A stretch of DNA of 64,000 nucleotides from a virus: the IMG/VR virus record IMGVR_UViG_3300035703_000025, positions 1-64,000 of that record, one strand, 5' to 3'. The notes under the pieces are model-generated. The model had not been told where the DNA came from, did no database searches, and saw nothing but the letters and a program-made list of their open reading frames with translations. Positions 39,498-47,804 of the stretch are shown here, one piece after another (position 1 is the stretch's first letter; each line of letters begins with the position of its first letter). The position numbers and the translations under genes were made by a program.

Positions 39498-40328
39498 TTA
39501 TCCAATGGTTATTCCATAACCCGAAAGTTCCTCTTCCGATGGAGGCTCCATACCCAACACAATAAAAGCGGCAACTAATATTGCAAGTGTTGGCGCTGTT
39601 ATTGGTGTGCTCGTGCCGCCGCTCGCAATAGTTATTCCAAGCGCAGCAATCATTGCTATCACCAAAGCGGGACGCAAATCAATTTGGGTCAATCCGCGAG
39701 ACAAAACACCGTAAGCAGACGCTAAAACAGCTGAAAAAGATTCAAAATTGGCCATAATCGTATTAATCAATTCACCAACCTCTTCTTCGGTCATTTGAGC
39801 TACTGTTCTGCAAAAAGCAGAAATGTTGTTTGGTCCGCCAACCAAAAGATCGCGTAAAAAATTCTTAAAGTTTTGACTTCCAAAAACAGCACTGTTCATA
39901 CCGTAGAAAGTTTCGCCAAGAAGAAAGCCTAGCCTGCCAACAATTTGGCTAACCAGTATTTGAACTAGCGCTGGATTTGCCAAAAATTGAGACATCACCC
40001 CAATATCACGGAGTGTTTTTATTATTGTTTCTAGAAAAGAACACAGCATACTAAAAAAATCTTTCCAGTTTGATACTGAACTAGATCTTATTGTTGCTAT
40101 TGCGAGTTCACCAAGCTTAGTAACGATCATTCCAACGACAATAGCGGAGCTTATCACGCCGCCACCTGCAGTAAAACAAGATCGAACACTAGAAACCAGA
40201 TCTTCTATTGTTTTTGCAATTGATATTTCTGGACATGATTCAATATCAGTTTTTTTAGGCTGGTCGTCTAGACCTAAAACCTCTACCTGTTTATTAATAG
40301 CAGCCACAAACAAACGGTACGCGTCCAT
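39498..40328 (-). CDS. putative internal virion protein with C-terminal TM hairpin (paralog)
   Basis: ASGGTSTP hairpin; N-terminal YR.F..A.NKQ.EV shared with 38469 ORF. Confidence 0.65.
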   Translation of the reverse strand: MDAYRLFVAAINKQVEVLGLDDQPKKTDIESCPEISIAKTIEDLVSSVRSCFTAGGGVISSAIVVGMIVTKLGELAIATIRSSSVSNWKDFFSMLCSFLETIIKTLRDIGVMSQFLANPALVQILVSQIVGRLGFLLGETFYGMNSAVFGSQNFKNFLRDLLVGGPNNISAFCRTVAQMTEEEVGELINTIMANFESFSAVLASAYGVLSRGLTQIDLRPALVIAMIAALGITIASGGTSTPITAPTLAILVAAFIVLGMEPPSEEELSGYGITIG

Positions 40329-40336
40329 GGCTTAAG

Positions 40337-40368
40337 ATACACTTTAAAATAAAAAATATTCAGTGTAT
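40337..40368. promoter_or_regulatory. back-to-back GTGTAT late-promoter motifs
   Basis: ATACAC 40337-42 and GTGTAT 40363-68 face divergent genes 8-10 nt from their ATGs. Confidence 0.7.
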
Positions 40369-40378
40369 TAATACCTGT

Positions 40379-41062
40379 ATGAACCTGAAAACAGTCATAG
40401 CAAAGCATTTGGCCGTAAGTGCAGCACCACCGTCTACACCACCAAGATGTCGTGAGATAACTGCAAAGTGGGATTCAATTCGCCAAAAAATAAACCAGGC
40501 GTACGAGGCTGGCAGGCAGCAGATCGAAGGCCTTACTTACGGCACACTTGGTCAGGTTTGGGAGTTTGAAATATGGAATACGCAAAACGGAAATCCATTT
40601 CCGCCAAATATGTTTAAGTTTTCAGTTGATCAGGGTGTTTACGTTGCAACAAATCAATATCCTCCAGCTGCTGCCGCACAAAATCCACAATTGGCGGCCC
40701 CAGAGACCCAAAACGATCCAAATTTAGCAAAAAAAGAAAAGCTTCTTGCGTGCATAAAAACACTAAGAAAGTGCGCGCTTCTACGGGGATATAAAGACCC
40801 GAGATCAGGTAAATACATACGCGGAAAATTTGATCTGATGTATTCGGCAGATGTTCTTGAGGCTATAGAGCTAGCAACAAAGGGATGTGAGCCTTACGCG
40901 TCTGCTGGTGGCATGAAAAACGCAACCACGTCTCAAAAGCGAGACTTTTTTAAAGAGCAAATCCGTGGTATGGAGGCCGAGTTTAGATCTAACGTTAATG
41001 ATACGCCGGCGTGTAAACCGTGCACGCCACAAACAGCTCCAGCAGGAGTAAATCCACAATGA
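40379..41062 (+). CDS. hypothetical late protein (paralog of 41059..41688)
   Basis: C..I..KWD...EL...C.PY...KPC. Confidence 0.65.
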   Translation: MNLKTVIAKHLAVSAAPPSTPPRCREITAKWDSIRQKINQAYEAGRQQIEGLTYGTLGQVWEFEIWNTQNGNPFPPNMFKFSVDQGVYVATNQYPPAAAAQNPQLAAPETQNDPNLAKKEKLLACIKTLRKCALLRGYKDPRSGKYIRGKFDLMYSADVLEAIELATKGCEPYASAGGMKNATTSQKRDFFKEQIRGMEAEFRSNVNDTPACKPCTPQTAPAGVNPQ

Positions 41063-41688
41063 ATGACTCAATTTCAAAATTAATTTACGTTTTGGGTGCA
41101 GCTCCCACAGAGTGTCAAACAATAAGATCAAAATACGACAAAAAAATCAGCAGCGCAAACAGTTGCAAAAGTGATGGTACACGAGCTGCTGATCGTATAA
41201 CTTGGATAGATAACACTCATCCAGAAAGCGGAATGACGCCATTTAGCTGGAAATGGGAAAGCTGTGCTCCAGAAGGAGAGACGTCTTTCTTGCCAGAAGG
41301 CGAAAAGCATAAGCTTGGGCAAGCAGGTTCGGTTGGTCCAGACCAAGACGGTGGATCAATGAGACCAGGACGTGGAAGAAGCGCGGTTATGCCAACAGTT
41401 TTGACCCCTAACTCTATGGAGCCTGGAGACAAAGCGCCAACTAATAGAGACAGGCTAGACGCTAAAAAGAACGAAGAGAAATGTAAGATTCTAGCAAAAC
41501 ATAACGAAATACTGTATTCTCTTGAGGTGGAGCGAGAGACAGAGCTTTACAATGCTCAGTGCAGCCCATACGGAGCAACAGTTACAGACAGAAAAAAGAA
41601 ATTTGATAAAAAGAAAGAAGACATAAGAAATAGCTATTTAGAAAAAGCCGCAAGAATAGCGAGAAATAAACCGTGCAAGAAAAAATAA
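41059..41688 (+). CDS. hypothetical late protein
   Basis: C..I..KYD...EL...C.PY...KPC. Confidence 0.65.
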   Translation: MNDSISKLIYVLGAAPTECQTIRSKYDKKISSANSCKSDGTRAADRITWIDNTHPESGMTPFSWKWESCAPEGETSFLPEGEKHKLGQAGSVGPDQDGGSMRPGRGRSAVMPTVLTPNSMEPGDKAPTNRDRLDAKKNEEKCKILAKHNEILYSLEVERETELYNAQCSPYGATVTDRKKKFDKKKEDIRNSYLEKAARIARNKPCKKK

Positions 41689-42116
41689 TTGCCGCAATAA
41701 AAAAACTATCTCTTGCTGTTGATCAGCAAAACGCTGTGCCGTGCTCGTATTTAAAAATAAGTCCTTCAAGGCGTGCTCTTCCGTGCAAATGGAAACCAAC
41801 CGATATTTCTAAAATAGCGTCAGATATAGCCATCAAGGCGAAGACTCAGCAGCTTTCTTCCGAGTGCGTCGAACAAATAATTCGATCTTTTTCCGATCTA
41901 TTCAACCAAAAGTGTGGAAATCCAGGAAAAGGAATGTATTCAGGAGTTTATAAAGCTTTTCGCATGGAGCTAATTAGACGCGGTATAATTAAATTAAACA
42001 CAAAAACAACTAAGCCATCAATAAAGCCAACCGTTGTGAAACCAGGAGTTATTATTCCAGACAGACCAAACATTGAAATGATGATTGAGTACCCAAATCT
42101 TGATCCATTTAGATAA
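41673..42116 (+). CDS. hypothetical late protein
   Basis: N-terminal AIKKLSLAV helix. Confidence 0.6.
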   Translation: MQEKIIAAIKKLSLAVDQQNAVPCSYLKISPSRRALPCKWKPTDISKIASDIAIKAKTQQLSSECVEQIIRSFSDLFNQKCGNPGKGMYSGVYKAFRMELIRRGIIKLNTKTTKPSIKPTVVKPGVIIPDRPNIEMMIEYPNLDPFR

Positions 42117-42144
42117 TTAGTGTATAAAAAAATAAGGAACGACT

Positions 42145-42456
42145 ATGTCACTAGAAAAAGCAATACAAAAACTCACAAGCGCAATTACTGCCGCAAAAAT
42201 GCCATCTGTGATTTCTCCACAGCCATCAATGATTCCTGGTATGAGAAGACTAGGTGATTGCCCAATTGACCGTTTTGGTCAGCTTGATTGGAAAAAATTA
42301 CCTAAGGGCGCTTGCTGCTACACATCTACAAGTCAGGGCTGTGCAGTAACTTGTGGCGGGCAGGGTCCGGGCTTTAGAATAGTAAGCGAAGGCCCATGCC
42401 CACAAGACGGTGTTTTCACTGGTGATGATCTTGCTGGTATGCAACAGGCTGGTTGA
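42145..42456 (+). CDS. small Cys-rich late protein
   Basis: AIQKLTSAI helix; GACC...C...C...C. Confidence 0.6.
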   Translation: MSLEKAIQKLTSAITAAKMPSVISPQPSMIPGMRRLGDCPIDRFGQLDWKKLPKGACCYTSTSQGCAVTCGGQGPGFRIVSEGPCPQDGVFTGDDLAGMQQAG

Positions 42457-42519
42457 ACAGTAAAAGATTTTAAAACCCGCCAGTGATGGCAGGTTATTAT
42501 TTGTGTATCAATAGTTGAT

Positions 42520-43368
42520 ATGTTTAATTCTATCTCTAAACTTAGATTTATATTCGGCATTGAGGCCCCAACCCCAACAGTTTTAAACGTTAATCCAATA
42601 AGTGAGCCTAGCACTGGGAAAAAACCATCGGCAGCTCCTCCATGTTTCAAGTTAAGCCCATACTGGAAAAGCGTTCTTGCGTTTTGGGAGGGATATAGAC
42701 CATATCGCTATAGAGATAGTGAAGGATACTGGACTGTAGGAATTGGTACGCTAATTGATACAGACAGAGTTTCCCTAAGCAGAATTCAAAATAGACTCGG
42801 ACAACACTTTGCTAGTGTAATGGATGGAATAGAATCTGATCCAGATCCAGTAGCTGGCACGCCAGGATCAAGAAATGGCAATAGTCCAATGCCTGGCACA
42901 CAACAGTCGCCAGTCTCTGTTGATCTTGCATGGCAGTGGGCAGAAAGCGATGTTCAAAAAGCCTTTACTGCAGCTTTCAATTTTATTGGCCCAGAAAGCT
43001 GGGCTAGACTACCGTATCCAGTTCAGTGTGTTTTAGTAAGTTTAAGCTATCAAGCAAATATAACTGGATTTATTAAGTTAAAAAAAGCACTAACTAAAAA
43101 TCCACCCGATTATAATGAAGCAGCAAACCAGATGATGAGATCAACTTGGTATAATCAAACTCAAAGCGACAGAAAAGAACCAATGATTGCGATAATGAGA
43201 TCGGGCGGTTCGTATATACCAACAAAAATTGGTAAATTTACGCCATCAAATCCAGAAACAGCAAGAACAAACCCATGTGGTGTAAGTAACCCAGCCACAA
43301 ATCCACCACAATCACCAACTACAAAACCACCACATCCTTGGTCGCCAGGATATCATTGGTGGGAATAA
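42520..43368 (+). CDS. GH24 (T4-type) lysozyme with Pro-rich extensions
   Basis: WEG.R...YRDSEGYWTVGIG (E-x8-D-x5-T triad), AANQMMRSTWYNQT..R. Confidence 0.85.
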   Translation: MFNSISKLRFIFGIEAPTPTVLNVNPISEPSTGKKPSAAPPCFKLSPYWKSVLAFWEGYRPYRYRDSEGYWTVGIGTLIDTDRVSLSRIQNRLGQHFASVMDGIESDPDPVAGTPGSRNGNSPMPGTQQSPVSVDLAWQWAESDVQKAFTAAFNFIGPESWARLPYPVQCVLVSLSYQANITGFIKLKKALTKNPPDYNEAANQMMRSTWYNQTQSDRKEPMIAIMRSGGSYIPTKIGKFTPSNPETARTNPCGVSNPATNPPQSPTTKPPHPWSPGYHWWE

Positions 43369-43429
43369 AGTTTATTTTCACACCTTTTTTGTTGATAGGC
43401 ATGTATTTTTATATGCGCTGCATTAAAAT

Positions 43430-43804
43430 TTAAATAGTCGGAAAGCTTCTTCTTGATCCAGATCTTAACTTGAGATTTGATCCAGACCTAGATAGGCTGT
43501 TTGTTGTTATTCTTTTTTGTTTTGCGTCAGTCGCTAAATAAGCACTTACATTGAATGATTCAGTTTCCAAAATGCTTACAACCCCGCCCTTACTTGTTGT
43601 GTAAGTCGCAAAAATATAGCTTCCACCAGAAGAGGATACGCTTAATACTACAGTCCATGAGCTTAAAAGTAAATCTGGATTTGTCTGTTGTGTTAAAACA
43701 TCCAAAGCACCTGTTCTTATGTACGCCCCCGTGCCTAGCCCACTAAAGCCAGAGGCTGTTAGTGTTACTGTGTTTGACGTTCTGTTTGATAAAGTAATAG
43801 GCAT
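43430..43804 (-). CDS. beta-rich protein with basic C-terminal tail
   Basis: Ser/Thr-rich; ends SRRSFPTI. Confidence 0.55.
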   Translation of the reverse strand: MPITLSNRTSNTVTLTASGFSGLGTGAYIRTGALDVLTQQTNPDLLLSSWTVVLSVSSSGGSYIFATYTTSKGGVVSILETESFNVSAYLATDAKQKRITTNSLSRSGSNLKLRSGSRRSFPTI

Positions 43805-43805
43805 T

Positions 43806-44264
43806 TTAGAACTTTGGAATGCTGTTTCTTGTTTTAGCTTGAGATTTTAATGAATCATTTGCTGAGACTCTAGTTTTCTTTTTTCCAAATCCGTAAAACT
43901 TTGGAAAAGAAACAGTAGAAGACATGTAAATTTCACCTATTTCAACAGTATTAGTTACAACAACATAGTACTGTCCAGACTCTGATGATCCATGCAGATG
44001 AGTGTAAGTCCAGGCCTTATTTTTCAAAAATGAATTAGTTTCGCCACCACCACCAACACCACCTTGATAACTTAATATCTGCGTAAAAGAAGGAGATCCA
44101 AATTGTTTATAAAAAAGAGCATAAGAAAGCGTTCCTTCGCCATCACAACAAATAGAGTCTCCTAAATAGCACTCAATAGTGCTAGATGCCTCATTTCTTG
44201 AAACCCTGTACAAAAGAATTTCTGTAGAACCAGGACCCACTTCACCTGGTGGTTTATCTGCCAT
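43806..44264 (-). CDS. Ig-like beta protein with basic C-terminal tail
   Basis: SESGQYYVVVTN (Ig F-strand-like); ends TRNSIPKF. Confidence 0.55.
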   Translation of the reverse strand: MADKPPGEVGPGSTEILLYRVSRNEASSTIECYLGDSICCDGEGTLSYALFYKQFGSPSFTQILSYQGGVGGGGETNSFLKNKAWTYTHLHGSSESGQYYVVVTNTVEIGEIYMSSTVSFPKFYGFGKKKTRVSANDSLKSQAKTRNSIPKF

Positions 44265-44265
44265 T

Positions 44266-44469
44266 TTATGCCCCCGCTTGTTGTATTGGTCTTAGCTCTA
44301 CTCGTCCACGACCACACATTTTAACAAGACCCATTCGTCTTCTCATCTCCCTTACCGACTTAAGAGTTCTTCCAAGGGTTGAAGCTATTTCACAGTCTCT
44401 CATTTTTCCAGCCTCAAGCTTTAAAAAATTCTTGTGTTCCGCACTCCATCTTTCTTTTTTGTCCTGCAT
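44266..44469 (-). CDS. small HTH (Myb-like) protein
   Basis: RWSAE...FLK...D.EIA..LGRT.KSV...RRR.GL. Confidence 0.7.
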   Translation of the reverse strand: MQDKKERWSAEHKNFLKLEAGKMRDCEIASTLGRTLKSVREMRRRMGLVKMCGRGRVELRPIQQAGA

Positions 44470-44514
44470 AATATTCTCCTGTAATTAATACACCTTTCTA
44501 GTCTATAATAGAAC

Positions 44515-45111
44515 GTGAAAAGACCTCAGAAAGACGCAGTCGCAATCTTTTTGAAAAAAATCTCAAAAACATCTGGGGCGAAAATCTCAAGAGACGAAGT
44601 ATTATCATTGGTTGAAAAAATAGCCCAAACCCACATGGGTAAAACATTTGCTTACATGACAGTAGAAGACATAGCCTCACAGGCTCGTCTTATTTGCATG
44701 CAGCAGCTAAAGTTTTACGAACCAGAAAAAGGTATTGGTTGGGACGATATAAATTCGCTTGAGCGTTGGCTTAACAGGGTTGTTAAGAATAGACTTAAAA
44801 ACTTTTATAGAGATCATTGCGGCAGCTTAAATGAACAACACAAAAAAGCTAGAGTTTCACTTAGCGCAAAAGCAAGAAACTCAAAAGACGACGCTGTTTT
44901 ATACGAGCCTGCGACTGGAAAAAACGAAACAGAAAACTCAGTTGTTTTTGGGGAACTGAAAGACTTTGTTGAGGCTAGGCTATCTGAGGAGGGGCTTGAA
45001 ATATACAGAGCCTGTCTTTCCGAAGAGCCAGTAAATTCATACTATAAAAACAAGCTTCGTTTAGAAATAACACAAATAATGGGGGAGTGGCGAGATGGCA
45101 AAACGAATTGA
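44515..45111 (+). CDS. sigma-factor-like protein (candidate late sigma)
   Basis: Region-2-like EDIASQARLICMQQLKFYEP...LERWL..VVKNRLKNFYRD. Confidence 0.65.
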   Translation: MKRPQKDAVAIFLKKISKTSGAKISRDEVLSLVEKIAQTHMGKTFAYMTVEDIASQARLICMQQLKFYEPEKGIGWDDINSLERWLNRVVKNRLKNFYRDHCGSLNEQHKKARVSLSAKARNSKDDAVLYEPATGKNETENSVVFGELKDFVEARLSEEGLEIYRACLSEEPVNSYYKNKLRLEITQIMGEWRDGKTN

Positions 45112-45937
45112 CGAAGCTGACAAGATATACATAGAAAATAATTGCAAATACAAAACAGACGCTGACATAGCAAAACATATCGGTTGTTCAATTAAAACTG
45201 TAGAGCGATACAGAAAAAGTATTGGCATGATGAAAAACACAACCAAAGACCCGGTTGTGATGATTGAACAAAGAAAAGACTATCAAAACAGAGATATATT
45301 TGATTTTCACGTTCGCTCATTTGAGACAAGCCCAAGAGGGGCGAGAATAAAAAAACAATTACCAGAAGAAGACTGGATCTTGTTCTCCGAGGAGTGGGCA
45401 AACTATAAAATTCAGCTTGAAGATTTAACGCACACGGAGCAAAATACTGTCGAGCAGCTAATTTTTTTAAAGCTAAGAATAGACAAAAACCAAAAAGACT
45501 ATTATGACGCCATGAGAATACGTGACTCTCTTATGGCAAACAATGACATTGTTGATGTCAAGGATTTAGATCTGTCAGACCCAAAACAGGCTGAGCTATA
45601 TCAAAAAATATTCAATGCTTCTATGCGGGCAACAGATTTAAATAAAGAGTACAAAGATTTATTAGAAAAATCTACAAAGCTGAACGAAACACTCAATGCG
45701 ACCAGACGCCAAAGAGAAGAAAAAGGAAAAGTTGGTGGGGACACCTTCTTCTCCCTTTGTAAAAAGTTTGAATCTATGCAGACAAGGGAGAAAGAGGGTC
45801 GCATGGCAGAACTACTTCGGCTTTCTATGGAAAAGAAACAAGACAGCATGCGTAACGCCATAGAATATATGGACGGGGAACTAGCTCCGCAATTACTAGA
45901 TTCGGAAACAGTAAAGAAAACAAGAGAACAACAATGA
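45095..45937 (+). CDS. HTH/coiled-coil protein, possible terminase small subunit
   Basis: N-terminal HTH DADIAKHIGCSIKTVERY; lies upstream of terminase. Confidence 0.5.
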   Translation: MAKRIDEADKIYIENNCKYKTDADIAKHIGCSIKTVERYRKSIGMMKNTTKDPVVMIEQRKDYQNRDIFDFHVRSFETSPRGARIKKQLPEEDWILFSEEWANYKIQLEDLTHTEQNTVEQLIFLKLRIDKNQKDYYDAMRIRDSLMANNDIVDVKDLDLSDPKQAELYQKIFNASMRATDLNKEYKDLLEKSTKLNETLNATRRQREEKGKVGGDTFFSLCKKFESMQTREKEGRMAELLRLSMEKKQDSMRNAIEYMDGELAPQLLDSETVKKTREQQ

Positions 45938-46956
45938 AAACAGCAATAGTAACAGGTTGCCCAGGTCAAGACGCCTCATATTTGACAGAGCTTTTGCTAA
46001 GCAAAGGATACAAAGTATACGGAATATACAGAAGAAGCTCAACAGAAAAAAACGCCTCTAATATGTTTGAGGCAGAAAAAAACCCAAACTTTCATCAAAT
46101 AAACCTTGATATAACAGATGCCTCTGGTATATTTAGCATTATATCCCACATAAGACCAGATGAGTATTACAACCTCGCAGCAATGTCTCACGTTGGCCAA
46201 AGCTTTAAAGAACCAATATCTTGTGCATACGTTAATGGGACTGCTGTAACAATAGTTTTAGAAGCAATAGCAAAGCACTCGCCACACACAAGATTTTACC
46301 AAGCATCTACATCTGAGATGTTTGGTGGCGTAACTGAAAATCAATCCGAAAACACGCCTTTCGTTCCACGCAGCCCTTATTCGGCAGCAAAAATGTACGC
46401 ACACAACATGGTTGATATTTACCGAAAGTCTTACGGCATTTATGCGTGCTGCGGAATACTATTCAATCATGAAAGCCCAAGAAGAGGCTTTGATTTTGTT
46501 ACTAGAAAGATAACAAACGGCATAGCTAGATATAAACTTGGCCTTTCTGGTCCAATTGAGCTTGGAAATCTTGCCGCCAAAAGAGACTGGGGTCATGCGA
46601 AAGATTATGTTAAGGCGATGTGGATGATGCTTCAGGCGCAAACGCCAAGCGATTATGTTGTTGCGACTGGAGAAACTATATCAATTAAAGACGCACTTCA
46701 TTATGTCTGTGGATTAGCAGATGTTAATCCAGAAGATGCTTGCAAAATAAACCCATCATTTAATCGTCCATTAGAGGTAAACGTTCTTTGTGGCGATCCA
46801 TCAAAGATTAAAAGAGAGCTTGGTTGGCAACCAGAGTACACATGGAGAGACTTGCTTTACGAGATGTACAAGCACGATTACAGTATTAATTATGCCCAAA
46901 GTGTATTAAATAACGGTGGCAAAGAAAAGGCTGAGGAAACCCAAGTTCAGGCGTAG
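45934..46956 (+). CDS. gmd: GDP-mannose 4,6-dehydratase
   Basis: TGCPGQDASYL, NLAAMSHV, YQASTSEMFG, PRSPYSAAK, FNHESPRRG, RDWGHAKDYV. Confidence 0.95.
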   Translation: MKTAIVTGCPGQDASYLTELLLSKGYKVYGIYRRSSTEKNASNMFEAEKNPNFHQINLDITDASGIFSIISHIRPDEYYNLAAMSHVGQSFKEPISCAYVNGTAVTIVLEAIAKHSPHTRFYQASTSEMFGGVTENQSENTPFVPRSPYSAAKMYAHNMVDIYRKSYGIYACCGILFNHESPRRGFDFVTRKITNGIARYKLGLSGPIELGNLAAKRDWGHAKDYVKAMWMMLQAQTPSDYVVATGETISIKDALHYVCGLADVNPEDACKINPSFNRPLEVNVLCGDPSKIKRELGWQPEYTWRDLLYEMYKHDYSINYAQSVLNNGGKEKAEETQVQA

Positions 46957-47314
46957 AGACGGTAGATACTCACCAGAGTATTGGCGTTTCAGAAAAGAGG
47001 TTCTAAAAAGAGATGAGTTTTCATGCCAATTTCCAGGATGTTGCGAAAAAAGAGGACTTGAGGTACATCATATAAAAAAATATGCAAGCTCGGCAAGGCT
47101 AAGAACAGAGAAATTCAATGGAATAACTCTTTGCAAAAAACATCACGAGCTAGTAACAGGAAAAGAAGAGCAGTTTGAATCGGAGTTTTTCAAAATTATT
47201 TGTCAAAAAAACACCGAAGAAATACAGAGGATAAATGAACTCAGGAAACAAGGGTTCCCTAAAGAAGGCCAAAAAAACAGTAGAGAGCGCTATATACGCA
47301 AGCGTTATCATTGA
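46916..47314 (+). CDS. HNH endonuclease
   Basis: RDEFSCQFPGC...EVHHI...NGITLCKKHH. Confidence 0.85.
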   Translation: MAKKRLRKPKFRRRDGRYSPEYWRFRKEVLKRDEFSCQFPGCCEKRGLEVHHIKKYASSARLRTEKFNGITLCKKHHELVTGKEEQFESEFFKIICQKNTEEIQRINELRKQGFPKEGQKNSRERYIRKRYH

Positions 47315-47804
47315 CAACCAAGAAAAAAAGCCGTGGGACTTTTCAGAAAAGCTACCATCTAAATTTTTTGTAAAAAATGTTTTGGTTAAAAATCTAGAGT
47401 ACGGTGATTATACGCTAGAGGGCTATGATATGCCCGAGTTTAAAAACAGTATAATTATTGAACGAAAAGCGTCTGTTGAGGAGCTTCTGGGAAATATAGG
47501 AAAAAACTGGGAGCGATTTCAAAGAGAACTAGATGGACTACAAAAGTATGCAAAGCCACTCATAATAGTTGAAGACGATCTGCATGACGCTTACGCAAAG
47601 TACATGGGAAGAAATCCTAAAAAAGGAATGTATTTTACGCTGCCTCCAGATTTTGTTCTTTCAAGAGTTTCAGAGATTGATCATAAGTGGGGAATCAAAA
47701 CGCTTTTTCTAAGCAATAAATATTTTGCAAGAAGATACGCGTGCAATATTTTTAGATCAATTCTAGGAGAGGTTAAAAATGACACTGAGCCAAGAGTATC
47801 TTGA
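47235..47804 (+). CDS. ERCC4-type nuclease
   Basis: IIDNQEKKP, LEYGDY, IERKAS..EL, IIVE. Confidence 0.8.
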   Translation: MNSGNKGSLKKAKKTVESAIYASVIIDNQEKKPWDFSEKLPSKFFVKNVLVKNLEYGDYTLEGYDMPEFKNSIIIERKASVEELLGNIGKNWERFQRELDGLQKYAKPLIIVEDDLHDAYAKYMGRNPKKGMYFTLPPDFVLSRVSEIDHKWGIKTLFLSNKYFARRYACNIFRSILGEVKNDTEPRVS

